Source of the DNA: Schmidtea polychroa
Taxonomy: Eukaryota
Length of the DNA: 64,000 nucleotides
Direction of reading: 5' to 3'
Assembly: GCA_044892525.1 (NCBI GenBank)
Contig: CM097886.1
Location: 121,334,001-121,398,000, forward strand
Shown here: in pieces, positions 12,333 through 24,358 of the stretch
Position numbering within the stretch: the first letter of the stretch is position 1
Layout: each line of letters begins with the position of its first letter
Translations under genes and position numbers: made by a program
The notes under the pieces: model-generated
What the model was told of the DNA's origin: nothing
The model's database searches: none
Seen by the model: only the letters and a program-made list of their open reading frames with translations

Positions 12333-12731
12333 TTAAAATATTTGTGAAAGTCTAGCAGACATAATTTTCCAAATAGGAGAATACACATCATTATTATCAA
12401 CTTTATATCCCTGGATTGCAATTGTTATATACCAATTTTCATTTTCTTTGAAACTGATTTCATCAAAAGCATTATAAAATCTTGCATATCTGTTGTTGAA
12501 CCAGGCATGTTGATTACACGATATCCGTTTAAAAACATCATCAATAGTTTTAACATCTATCATTGAAAGCGTGCACGATAAGAATTGAAATTTAGTTGGA
12601 ATTAGCTTGACTGGTGCAACCAATTTCATATTGATTTCTTCTTTCAAAAAATACATTTTGTAGTTGTGGAACATTTGAACTGGTTGTACCATTTCTTTAG
12701 GTTTTTCGGTGCATGAAATTTTCTTGGTCAT
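12333..12731 (-). CDS. Hypothetical protein (virus-like element gene; possible OB-fold)
   Basis: Intronless 132-codon ORF with its own AATAAA-like 3' end, next to the TBP-like and ATPase ORFs; no firm motif. Confidence 0.4.
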   Translation of the reverse strand: MTKKISCTEKPKEMVQPVQMFHNYKMYFLKEEINMKLVAPVKLIPTKFQFLSCTLSMIDVKTIDDVFKRISCNQHAWFNNRYARFYNAFDEISFKENENWYITIAIQGYKVDNNDVYSPIWKIMSARLSQIF

Positions 12732-13048
12732 CGTGAATAATGATTAAATTGAAATGTTACAGGGTTTTTATACCTTTGACTCATGCCTATCAACCAATCA
12801 GATCATAGCATGTCTTTGTTTAAATTGCATGTTATTTGCATTAATGTTGCATTTATGTTCAATTTGTCATAATATTATTACTAATTTTATGTGACATATT
12901 ATTACTGTTCTCATATTATTAATGTTTTATTATTATTAATGTGTCATATTATTATTCTCAAATTAATATTATTACTATTTATATTATTATTACTATTATT
13001 TGAAATATATATAAAAGAAAAAAAACAATAAAAAACATTTATTGACAT

Positions 13049-13345
13049 TTAACATCCCAGATCTACAACTCGGGAGTAGTGAAACCTTTTAGGAGTTTTT
13101 ACTAACTCCCATTCAACATATCGCTGATAACGATCGGCACAGCAAGAGCATCCAGTGATGCATTGATATTCAGGCTCCATATGTTTCATCGTCCTATTGA
13201 TCTTAAGATCCCTCTGGAATATGTGAAAAACTTCAAATATCCGGATTTGGGTAGCATAAAATATGAGATCTGGAATAATCTCTTGTTTTCGGTCATTTAT
13301 AATTTCGTTTAATTGTGGATAATAATATTTGATTCTGTTTAACAT
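13049..13345 (-). CDS. Hypothetical small protein with a CITGCSCC motif
   Basis: 98-codon ORF in the same compact gene cluster; no family recognised. Confidence 0.35.
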   Translation of the reverse strand: MLNRIKYYYPQLNEIINDRKQEIIPDLIFYATQIRIFEVFHIFQRDLKINRTMKHMEPEYQCITGCSCCADRYQRYVEWELVKTPKRFHYSRVVDLGC

Positions 13346-13532
13346 TACTTCTGTATATTTATCTGAAAATAAAGATTATAAAAAATGAAAATAATAAATT
13401 TAAAATTTTCCATAATCATCAATATCCTTCATCAAATGAGCTGCGCTAGGAATTTTGTACATTGGAAAAATGATTTCTAAACAAAAAAACAGTTTGTTTA
13501 AAACAATCAATAACCAATTAGAAATTAACCAA

Positions 13533-13970
13533 TTAGAAATCGACCAATGAAATTATCTCATATCGAACCTTGTCAACAAATTCTCTATACTCCAAATTTC
13601 TCAACCTGAACATGACAACCTTTCCACTAGCAAACACGTTGACACATATAGGGTTATATTTTAATAGTCTTAGCGCAGGAAACAATTCCGGTTCAAACAT
13701 ACAATCCCATTTTTTCGACATGTTATATAGTTCGATACTATGTCCCATATCCATAGTAACGGTAATTGATTGGATTTTAATATTATTTATTCGATATTGT
13801 AATTTATTAATATCCAAGGGTTTCTTACATCCCATGATTCTACATTTGCCTGTCTTGATAAATATTATCGGGTATTTCCCGCTTCTATCGATAATTTGCT
13901 GGGGTTTTCCTGGTGGGAACCTCATATTCGATACATCAAAATTTCCTCGATAATTTATATTTGCTAACAT
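13533..13970 (-). CDS. Divergent, miniature TATA-binding-protein-like protein (145 aa)
   Basis: FEPELFPAL......ICVNVFASGKVVM resembles TBP YEPELFPGL...IVLLIFVSGKVVL; first pseudo-repeat IIFIKTGKCRIMGCK. Confidence 0.65.
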   Translation of the reverse strand: MLANINYRGNFDVSNMRFPPGKPQQIIDRSGKYPIIFIKTGKCRIMGCKKPLDINKLQYRINNIKIQSITVTMDMGHSIELYNMSKKWDCMFEPELFPALRLLKYNPICVNVFASGKVVMFRLRNLEYREFVDKVRYEIISLVDF

Positions 13971-14070
13971 TATTAAATCATGTATGAAAATTAGTCTTTA
14001 TATACAGATTGAGCACGAGTTCATTAAATCATCGAATATAAAAAATACACATATATTTATAAAATTTGAA

Positions 14071-14650
14071 ATGGAATTTAGAAATGATGCAGTATACCAA
14101 ATCGTTGGTCCGAGTGGTAGTGGAAAACATTATTTGTTTGCAAATTACTAAAATCAAATTTATTCAAAACAAAATTCAACAGGATTTATTGGCATAGGGG
14201 TGCTGATGAAGAACATGGATTGACGCAATCAAGTTTCTGTATATTAAAAAACATGAAAATAATAAAGGGATTCGATAAAAACTGGTCCAGCCGATTAAAG
14301 AAAGGTGATGTCATCATTATCGATGATTTGTACCAAGAAGCTAATAAAGAAAAAGATTTTAATAATTTATTTACAAAGATCAGCAGACATGTCGGTGTAA
14401 CAGTAATTTTCATAACGCAAAATCTATTTCATCAAGGTGGTGCACATCGAACACATAATTTAAATGTACAATATTTAGTTATTTTCAAGAATCCTAGAGA
14501 TGAAACAGTGATTGATTTTCTTGCACGTCAAGCATACCCTAACAATCGTAATTTTCTTATCATTGCATTTCAAGATGCAACAAAAATACCTCATGGGTAT
14601 ATATTTCTTGATTTCACGTAACAATGTCCCGATGATTTACGTTATGCCTG
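14071..14650 (+). pseudogene. A32/FtsK-HerA-type packaging ATPase (Polinton/Maverick-like), disrupted
   Basis: Walker A IVGPSGSGK (14101-14127) followed by a 1-bp deletion; Walker B VIIIDD; ISRH..VTVIFITQN; KNPRD; GYIFLD; premature TAA at 14619-14621. Confidence 0.8.
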
Positions 14651-14901
14651 AAATGGATCCTGTCTTTCGAGATCAACAATTCAATCAACTATTCAACTCG
14701 ATAATTTAAAGTTATAATTTGGGCCAATTATTTAACATTTTAATATGTATATATTTGTGTAAATACGATGTCGAATAAAAATTTGTAAATATTTAGTTAT
14801 TTTTGTTTGTCAACTTTTTATGGTATAACTATTGTGTTATAAATTTTTTAATAATCGACTATGTTTTTCGTTAACCATGATTTGTGATAGAAAGTTGAAA
14901 T

Positions 14902-14907
<6 letters not shown>

Positions 14908-14951
<44 letters not shown>

Positions 14952-14966
14952 TAATAATAATAATAA
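14908..14966. repeat. (AAT)n microsatellite
   Basis: Direct sequence. Confidence 0.95.
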
Positions 14967-14999
14967 GTAGGAGTTTTTCAACATTTATTTCAAAAATAC

Positions 15000-16855
15000 A
15001 CTGAATGAGATTCATTGATTATGACACCATAACTCTGACATCTACTGCAGTGTGCCAGTGGTGACACATCCTACTACTTTTTTACATTCATAATAGGTGA
15101 CGACATTATTATACATATCTTTTAGCAGTCTCAGTGTTCTCTGATTGATTCGCATCTTTTCAATTATGTTCCAGATCATCTGATTGGGTAGCCTACCAAA
15201 GGCATCAGCAATATCCTAACAAATAATATGTAGGTTTTTTTGTGATATTATTGAATGTTCTTTTGCAATTTTGATTTATAGTTTGTGCTTAGCGCAGCCA
15301 TCAGGTTCTCCCACAGGTTTTTGATTAATGCTCATTAAATTTCCTGCTTTGATCCATCCTAGCAATCGAATATTTAATAAAGTTGCAAAAATTCTGTATG
15401 CCGTATCCATAATTGCCAAAGATCGCCATGATGATGTTTCTTGACTTTTATCTTGTTTTCTTGGTTTAAGTATCAGTCTCGTTCTGAATATTTTCCAATT
15501 ATCAGGACATTTTCTGTTTCTAAGGATATTATTTGATAGCGAAATTGGTATTTTGGTAATTTTCTTCCAATCTCCATAAGTTATTTTATCGTTTTCCAGG
15601 AACAGATTTTTCAAGTTTACTCATGATATATGATATTTCTTCATAGTTCGTTTTCATGATGGTCTCTTCTTTATAAGTTGGTATATTGAAAAGTTTTGTG
15701 TAGCATCAAATTGACAAGTTGTGCTTGCAAAATCTTCTACGAATTTGGTCATTTCTGGTGTAGTAATATTGAATTTTTTATTCCATAATTTTAATAGTTC
15801 TTCTTTAAGAGTAATTTTAAATTTGAATCTCTTTATACAAGTTAATTCAAAAGATATTTTTTTGCTTGAATAGATAAGATCAGAGATTTTCTTTATTTCA
15901 TATTTTTTTGGATTTATTGAGCAGTTTATTCTTTCAATTTCCATCATAGATGAGTCACAATTGATGTGATCATTATCCAGTTGTAGAATTAGATCATTAA
16001 GAAATGTTCTATATTTCTTTATATCATCATCCGGTCTTCGATTATCTATGTTTTGCATAATCAGATCTTTCATTTCATCTTTCATATTCTATATTTTTGG
16101 ATTAGTAATTTCAAAATTTGAGTTAAGGCACTTAATGAAATGACATATATAGATTGGACTGTCATTATTATTTACACATTTAGGATATAGTGATTCTTTT
16201 AAGGCAACATCTATATCAGTTATGATGCTTTGTACTGATTTGACGGTATTTATTAAATCAATAATAAGCAATTTGTGAGTAGGAATGCTTTCATGCAACA
16301 TTGGATCAATAAAGGTTGCAAATTTTCTTGATTTGTTTAGATAAAACATGCACCATGTATTATTTATGGTTAGTGGCATAACTATCTCACTCCAATCAGG
16401 AAACATTTTGAATGGGAATCCTGCAAAGAATGTTTTGTAGATATGCAAAATATGTGCATTCCCTTGTTTTTTTCATACATTTTTCCCGTCAAATTTGTCT
16501 CCTGAAATCGTAAGATACTTGGTCTGGCGGTGAAGTAGAAAAGAAAAACAGTAGTTAGAGACAATCTCAACTGGACCGGAGGTCTTGTCAGTGTGTCCGT
16601 ATAGGAAGATAATGTGGAAGTAAGTCCTTCTATCGGCATTCCAAGACCCGAAAGGCGAATATCATGAGGAGTAATCATAACACAGTGGCTCACTTGCTCA
16701 TGAATTCCAGCCAGTGTGTACATCACCAACATGACCATTGTCATGGGTACAGAGTTGATATAAAGATAACAATCATAATGGGCTTTTAGGAAGTAGTCCC
16801 TCTAAACATTTACAATTACACCTAACATTCACCGTTGAGACAAACCCCTAAGCGC
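15000..16855 (-). mobile_element. Degraded R2-superfamily (NeSL-like) non-LTR retrotransposon: Ulp1-like protease and RT N-terminus, internally deleted
   Basis: ORF 16089-16448 (IVMPLTINNTWCMF...FIDP...NNNDSPIYIC) is Ulp1-like. ORF 15276-15614 (WKIFRTRLILKP...SWRSLAI...YRIFATLLNIRL...QK....DGCAKH) is the start of an RT. The three ORFs are in one frame separated by stops. Confidence 0.7.
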
Positions 16856-17967
16856 TAATTGGATTGTTATTCCCTAATAGATCCTGCTCCATTGAAACAA
16901 ATTGAAAACTCCTGAACACTTTTTTCAAACTGATTGCGAAGGCATTATCACCAATACAAACAATTAGACACGCGGAACAGCCAGTACAACAAGCAGAGAA
17001 TCCATAATTTTGACAAAGTGAAGGCACTGCGTCGCTATAGAGATTTTTGGTAGAAGCTGAATTTTGGCGTTTTCAACCTCATTGCTTCATGTACATAACT
17101 TACTCGCTTGTGAACTTATATTGTTTAATAGCTTAAGGTAGATATATTTTCTTTAATGTCAATTTTGTATAGAATGAATGCCATGATGTTTCGCTTATCT
17201 AATGATGCACGAATAATTGATGTGCTTAAAAAGTGTATGAGAGTGCGTATGAAAATGTTGAGGAAACTACTAGTTAATACATGTATCATTGTCTTTTAGT
17301 AGTACCTAAACTAAATGATTAACGTAAAGTAGCAGGCTCACGGGTACTCAGTTTTTTATAATCTTGTCTGTGCTAAACATTATCAGCATCATTCATTATG
17401 AACATGATTTGGTCATTTGCATGTTTAATGAAGGTTGAAATTATTGAAGATTGAGCCGTAGAGTAATGCTAGTGGTGACAACTTTAAAAATTGAAAACAT
17501 GTCAAACCTTACATTTTAAACTTCAAATTTATGAAAGCAGGCATATTACTTTTAAAATGGAATATTTGACTATTCAATTTATAATGTCAAATAAATATTA
17601 TTTTTCCAGACGTTTTGACGCCAAACCATTTTGCTCAATTCAGTGAACCTTTAGTTATAAAATCATTTTCCAATGTCATCACAGGCAATTTAGGCCGTGA
17701 AAGTTGTACTTAAAAATTTCTGTTTTCATTACAACCCCGCGGCATTGTTTAATATAATTAACAAATTTAAATCATAAAAGTTGATTTGCTTTACTATTCT
17801 TTTATTGATATTTTTCTTTTGTAACGTTTTATTAAACGAAGAGAAAATATTTGATATTTCTTTCGTCGCTTTTGACATATTTTTTTGTCATATTTGATAT
17901 TTAAATATATTGTTTAAATAATATACTAATTTAATTTTAAAGTCTATGTAAAATTAATTTTTAAAAT

Positions 17968-18408
17968 ATGAGTGATATTGACATCGATGACGTCCAATTA
18001 AGTGACAATGATTCTGTAGCATCTGAAGAAATAATAAATGAAATTCCCTCGTGTAATTTACAGTTTAGAGATTCAGAACAAGATCAAATAAATTCGGAAG
18101 TGGAAGAAATTATTGATGTTTCACACAAGGATAGCGAAGAACAGGATAAACTTTTCAAAGCGGAGAATTTAATTTTTCCCAAGTCTCGTGTCAAAACTAT
18201 TATAAAGCTTAACAATGAAATTGGAATTGTTAATAATGATTCAATATCCTTAATTAATAAAGCTACTGAATATTTTGTCGAGGAAATTGCAAAAGGTGCT
18301 GCTTATTTTGCCCAGTTGTCGAATAAAAAAACTATTACAAAAACTCATCTGATCGAGTTTATAAATGAAAATTCGCATATGAATTTTTTAGATGGAATGC
18401 TTGATTAG
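17968..18408 (+). CDS. POLE4: Histone-fold protein, DNA polymerase epsilon subunit 4-like (CHRAC1 not excluded)
   Basis: FPKSRVKTIIK...KATEYFVEEIAK..Y..A....KKTI.K.HL...I......FLDGMLD matches the POLE4/Dpb3 histone fold and C-terminus; single exon. Confidence 0.75.
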   Translation: MSDIDIDDVQLSDNDSVASEEIINEIPSCNLQFRDSEQDQINSEVEEIIDVSHKDSEEQDKLFKAENLIFPKSRVKTIIKLNNEIGIVNNDSISLINKATEYFVEEIAKGAAYFAQLSNKKTITKTHLIEFINENSHMNFLDGMLD

Positions 18409-18696
18409 TAAAATTCTATTATGAAATAAATGAATTTGTTGTTTTCAGTAAAATGATTTTATTAATAAATAATAAAAATTAGTCGAATTTAGTAAATAAT
18501 TATTTCATCTAGTTCAATGATTCTTGATCTACTCTAAATGAACTTAATCTTGGGAAATTCTAGATAACATTATATTTGTGTATTCTGCCCTGTTTTCCGA
18601 ATATTTGGTTACATAAATATAGATTATTTCGTTAACTAATCAAGACAGAATTTATTACCACCGAAATAATTTATTTTTAATATAAATAGTTTAGAC

Positions 18697-19955
18697 CAGT
18701 GGTGTCTAATTCAAAAGGCACCAAGAGCCGCATAAGGTATTTTAAGTACGCTGCGGGCCACATTAAAAAACTTAAGAAGTACCGTTACATTTTGTATTAT
18801 ATTTAATTAATTTGCATACTTACTACATTAAACTATTACCTCAGCGTTAAATATAATAATTCTGATCGAAATTTTGAATGACGAAAAAAAAAATTACAAA
18901 TAAATTTTTTTTGCACTGAAGTTTGATGTCTTTTTCATAACAATTGTTTTTATATTCGGATTAAATGTATTTGTCGTTCTCAACTTCATTAAGGATAACA
19001 AATGTTTATCATTAGGCTTTGTTCTTTGTCATAAATGAAAATAACTCTTCGTATAAAAAAGTGGAACCGAACACTTCCATAATTTTGATGAACAGTTTTT
19101 TAAGTTCGGATAACTTTTGGGGAGGTATGAATTGATGGGTTACAAGTAATCCATATTTTACTCTCGTGCTGTTTCCAGCGTAACCCAGAATACACGAATG
19201 TTGCCCTGCTCGATATCCATTGAGCTCAATGTTGAATTTGTATCGATTGGGTGGGTACTTAAGAAAAGTGAGCGTAACTTATACACTGTAATCGGTAAGC
19301 ACTGGAGCAGGTTCGTGGACTGCCGTTTTGAAAGCCTATACCCGACTTTCTTTTAGGTCTCTCTGTTTTTCGCCTATTAGCTAAACTTGTCTCTCTAAAA
19401 CCCGACATTTAGCAAATGTATGACAAAGATTTATTTATTTACATTTTTTCTTTTTTTCGAGGATTCTTTATTTTTGAATGTTTCTTTGACTCGAATATAT
19501 GCTCTCAAATTCTATTTGAGATTTTACTATTGAATTCAAACTCATTCCCGCAATATATACATTCTGATCCTTCAATTATTACTGATTCTTCGTTTTTGGA
19601 TGTCATTTGCTTCTTTATTATCATTAAATCATCAATTATCAACTTCGTACCTGTGTGTGAACTGGGATTTTAAAACGTTAAAAATCAAAAAGGTGAAAGA
19701 CTTAAAAACATTGAAGAGTTAAGAGTATGCCTTTCTCACATTCGCCCACAAATTACAGCACCAGTAAAGAAGCTGAATACAGGATATGTTGTATTTATGT
19801 GAATATAAATTCTCCTAATATGAACTTCTTTGCTTTATATTATTTGATTGCAAAGTCTTTATGAATAAAAAATATTTATTTTTTGTGATAGGTATGCCGT
19901 GAAAATTTAAAGAGCTCAAAGTATGCCGCAATGTAAAAAAGGTTAAGAACCTTTG
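18697..19955 (+). mobile_element. hAT-derived relic(s), possibly mosaic
   Basis: Start CAGTGGTGTCTAATTC...GCGGGCCACA; 19640-19760 reads TSYLCELGF*...ERLKNIEELRVCLSHIRPQI; end AAAAGGTTAAGAACCTTTG. Confidence 0.55.
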
Positions 19956-20765
19956 ATTTTTACTGTTAATCTGGCAAACTAATCTTCATTCATTTCCGGA
20001 TAAAGTCGTTACTCGATATATCAAATTTTTCTAAAGCATGGTATTGTGATGTTTGAATATTATAAGTTTTATATTTGTATGTATAATTGTTTATATCTAG
20101 AGAATTTAAGCGTGTATTAAGGAAGTTTTGTAGAACCCGATAGAGTCACATATAAAAAGTGTCGGGACAATCGGGGTACTTGTATGTAAAATAACAATTA
20201 AATAAAATTATAAATTTTATTAACAAATAAATAAAAAATACTTCAGAAAATATGATATCGGTACTTGACAGAACAATTGACTGCGAAGATCCAACACAAA
20301 CGGCAGGTTTATCTATAATAATAGAGGTGGTAGATTAAGTAAAGAATTGTTGGGGCACTACTCGGTTGACCACCCTTAGTTCAACTTTCTAGCCTAGGGG
20401 ATGAACGCCCGTTACGATTATACCTGTCATTACTGTGTCACCCCGAGCAGGGCCCGTACATAATCTATACTCCAACATAGCACCCGTGAATTGCTTCACG
20501 TTGGAACTGTGCTATGATGGCGAGGTGCCAGTGAGCAGGTGAGCCACCTCCTTCGGACTACTCCTCACTGAGACCCCGACTTCCTAACCCTGACTGCCGA
20601 TAGAAGGACTTACGTCTACACATTCTGTCACCCTGTCGCCATACCCTTGGTTTGGATTGCAAATTGAACAATACTCCTCGAATCTCAAAAACCTCAATGC
20701 TATTTACCACTCAATGTTAAATCCCTTATGAACGAAAAACAAAACCCGTATACAGACAAAAATTG

Positions 20766-20771
20766 TTTATT
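20766..20771 (-). terminator. Candidate polyadenylation signal AATAAA in the LTR
   Basis: tttatt on plus, ~130 nt downstream of the LTR ORF stop and ~420 nt from the LTR end. Confidence 0.55.
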
Positions 20772-20901
20772 TCAAACATTGCAATACAGGCGCGTCGTAA
20801 TTTATACATCAGAATTAGAATAAGAGAAAACACAAGGACAGGAAACGATATTAGTTGATTCAGGACTCTCCGACGGATGAGGTCATCTCACGGGAAAATC
20901 C

Positions 20902-21651
20902 TCATTTTTCCCACTCGGAGTCGGCGAGTAACTCGTCCAAATCGAAGAATTCGGAGGCGTTTTCCTCCCACGTCACCCCAGCGGCAGATATGATCCGCCC
21001 TAGTGTTCTTGTTGTTAGGTCAATTACAGCAGGGACGTTATTGACATTACTCCCGAGGTCCGGCAGTTGCTTGGGCTGCTTCGCAGCTATTCGCTCACGC
21101 TGTTTCCTTTTGCGTTCAGCCCTTGATAGCTGCCGACGCTTTGGCTTGTTGGTCGATGAATTGTTTGGGGCTACCGCCGATGTAGAGGCGACGTTAGGCA
21201 GTACCCGACTATTTCCAACAAAAACCACCTCTAGTTGCTCTGGCGAGAGTTGTGTTTCTACGCACGGCCGGCAAGGTTTTTTCGAAGGGAGCGACGATTT
21301 GGCAGAAGTATTATGGTGGGCCGGAAAGAGATTGTCGGCTTCACCGATGGGAATTTTCACTATCTTTCTAGTTGGCGCGGCCTGGATGTACACTTTATGC
21401 AGCGCCTCGGACTGCTCCTTGATCAAACTTCTTTGGGCACGACTCTCGGAGATTAGAGCGTCCCGGCAATGTTCACTTCGGTGTAATTTCTTTTGGGTCT
21501 CTTTCATCTGGGCGGGACTAAACCATGTCCCCTCTAACTCGTCTATCTTCTTTTTGTACCGTCCGATCTGGGTCTGCAGGTCCTTGATTATCGCGTTCTT
21601 GTCGGAACAAGAAAAACAGGGTCTGAGGACGGTTTTTGCAGTGGGTAACAT
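20902..21651 (-). CDS. LTR-encoded 249-aa protein (coiled coil, basic NLS-like patch, acidic-aromatic tail)
   Basis: ATG-to-stop ORF intact in both LTRs, in a GC-rich island; KPKRRQLSRAERKRKQRER; C-terminus EENASEFFDLDELLADSEWEK. Confidence 0.7.
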   Translation of the reverse strand: MLPTAKTVLRPCFSCSDKNAIIKDLQTQIGRYKKKIDELEGTWFSPAQMKETQKKLHRSEHCRDALISESRAQRSLIKEQSEALHKVYIQAAPTRKIVKIPIGEADNLFPAHHNTSAKSSLPSKKPCRPCVETQLSPEQLEVVFVGNSRVLPNVASTSAVAPNNSSTNKPKRRQLSRAERKRKQRERIAAKQPKQLPDLGSNVNNVPAVIDLTTRTLGRIISAAGVTWEENASEFFDLDELLADSEWEK

Positions 21652-24358
21652 GTCTGCTAGCTAAGAAGAATAATAACACTAAATGGGATAGATCAAATTT
21701 AGAAAATCATCATTTTTCGCCACCATTCGTTAATCAATATTAGACATTTTTACAGGAAAAGAAAAACGGATTATTTATCAAGAGGGATTTCCTATGCCAT
21801 CAACCTATGCGTACTCTGGGTGTTTATTCACTAGAAAATCAACTGATAACATTAGGCTTTACTTAACGAAGGTTGTACATCATTGTTAAAGAAAATGAAA
21901 ATTACATGTTTAAGAGGAATTATTGATGACGGAAATTTTTCTTGAAGAGGGTAAATAGCATTGAAAATTCAACCCGAACTAAATAATTACTAAGTGAAAA
22001 TTTAGCTAATCATTATAATGATTTTATAGATAATTAGATAAGTTGGTTTTAATTCATCATTAAGTAAAAATATTAAATTTTTGCAGTTCCAGTAATAGAC
22101 TTGGATTAATTGAGTTGCATTTTGTTTGTATTTTATTTAGGCTTTCGATTATATTGTCTATAATTTATTATAATTTTGTTTTCAAATCTCACATTTATTT
22201 ACTATTTTAAAATTAATTATTGAGTTGTTGGTGACTCGTGTTATCATCACTCATGTCTAGTGCTTTCGGTAAATAGCCGAGATTTTTATCTGACACACCC
22301 GGTGGACTTTTCTCAAGTTAGCCGTTCGCGGTAAAATATCTACTATCGGGTTAGATGACTATGCAATCTCAAGGAACGTATCACCTGGAAGATAGACTCG
22401 TAGAATTATGGCTAGTGATATCCGTGTTATTATTGGTGAGCACCAGCATGTGGACTTTGGCTATTAGAACTTGCAATGTGTGCATTTACACATGTGTGCG
22501 GGTACTCACTTCGTGAGACTCTTATCCTTTTGGCAGCTTGCATGAATCATCAGATGTTATATTACACCGTGTTGAATTTCTATCTCTCGTGGAAATTTTG
22601 CATAGGCAGATTTTGCGTACCGCTATTACTGGATGTAATTCGTTTCGTAGACAAACTGGTCAACTATTCAAGCTATAATTTCTACTCCCCTCATGGATTT
22701 TATCATCATCAACATGCCCACTGTCTATATCGAGTTGGAAATTTATTAACTATCGCTGGAAATACAATTCGACGAAATGCGGATATTCCATCATCCTCCG
22801 TGACATCTCTAAGACTCGGATTTTATTCCCATGGAGGGTCTATCGGATCAGTTACCTCCCATCCTAACTTTGCATCAGTTGCCACAAACGTTTGGTATTC
22901 GATATACAAGGGAATGACATGTTTGATTGTTTTTATAAATACATTTTTCCTGACTAGATTCATTATTATTTTATGGTTTATTATTTTTGAGAACTATTTG
23001 TTTGTCACAATTCACCACAAGTAGGTTTTTAGAGAGACGCAGCAAAGTTGATTGCACGTGATGGATATAGATGATGAAAGTAGCAGTTATGAAGATCCTT
23101 AGGCTGAAGGTTTCAGGAATAATTTCGAGTGGAATCATGAACGCAGATAATATGCTACAAATGATGTCCAGACTGATTTAACGGAAAATCCTGTATAGAT
23201 CTTCAGATGATAGTACCAATTTCAATTTGATAAAGACAATAGTATGACGCCCTCAATCACTGTGCGAACTCTCGAACAAGATTTTTCCTCATATGACTAC
23301 ACTTCCCATTGCTTGATAGTTACCATCTCTCTACAGTATTGTTCACATATTTTAGTCGCATCTTCAGCGACGGACCCGTGAGGAAGCCCCCACATTACGG
23401 CCCGAATCAGCTGCGTGATTGAAAATCGCCATGTCCACCGGCTGAGCTCCCGAAGGCACCTCATACCATGACATGGAGTTTCTCAACGCCACGTTTCTCG
23501 GAAATTTATAATCATTAAATAATAATGCATGAAAATCAATCAGGTATCGAATCGAATAAATGGTTACTCGAAATTTACGTCGATTGTTAACTGTTTGATA
23601 ATATCTCCTGGTTTCTAGATTGATTCTCGTACGTTGCTGCTGTTTACCTGTAAAGTTGGTTGTTTAACTGTAACTGTTAAAATTTATCTTACCTGTAAAG
23701 TTGGTTGTTTAACTGTAAGTTTATAATTTTTGTGTTTCCTTATATATTAATTTTTGATGTGTGCGGACCAATCAGAATTGAGTGCCGCTTAATTTTATTG
23801 CTTTAATTTATTTTTCTTGTTTTTGAGTTATTTTTTCCTATTTTCTTTATTTTTATTGTGTTTTTTATTTATTTTCTTTAATTTCTTTATTATTTACTAC
23901 ATTTTACGTTATTTTTTGTCATTCTATTGTCCTATTTCAATTTTCCTTATTTTTATATTTTTTGTTTTAACTCTTATTTTCTAATTTTTTATTTTTCTTA
24001 TATCCTATTCTATTTTATTCTTAAATTTGTTTTGTTTTATTTTTATTTTAATTTAATTATGTTTAACCTAATTTCTTGGATACCCTTCGACTCAGCCCAA
24101 CAAATCACTCGGGGACCCATCAAAATTGCGTCCCGCAATTGCATACTAAATTTATTTCGTACATTCCACCAAAGCTAAAAATAAAAATAAATAACAAAAT
24201 GGTACAACATAAAATTTATTAATAAGATGTAGGTCAAACCAAGACCAAGCAGTCATCACTTATGGTGATGGTTTATATACAAAGCAAAATTTCACAATGT
24301 AATGTTTAGTTCAGTTATGGTATTGTTCGATTATTCTGATGGTTTTGGTTGGAGTTTG

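Larger units (their letters stand above)
20348..24102 (-). repeat. 3' LTR (3,755 bp)
   Basis: Direct repeat of 45893-49648; nine substitutions and one indel found by eye. Confidence 0.97.

Noticed and set aside
16845-16855. TTAGGG within CCCCTAAGCGC as a telomeric target site
   Set aside because: Single hexamer with no telomeric array nearby.
16900-17480. Possible exons of a membrane-protein gene divergent from POLE4
   Set aside because: Short hydrophobic frames with stops; no consistent gene model.
20855-21664. 269-aa plus-strand ORF in both LTRs (also 46400-47209)
   Set aside because: Non-ATG start; it is the antisense shadow of the 249-aa ORF in GC-rich DNA.
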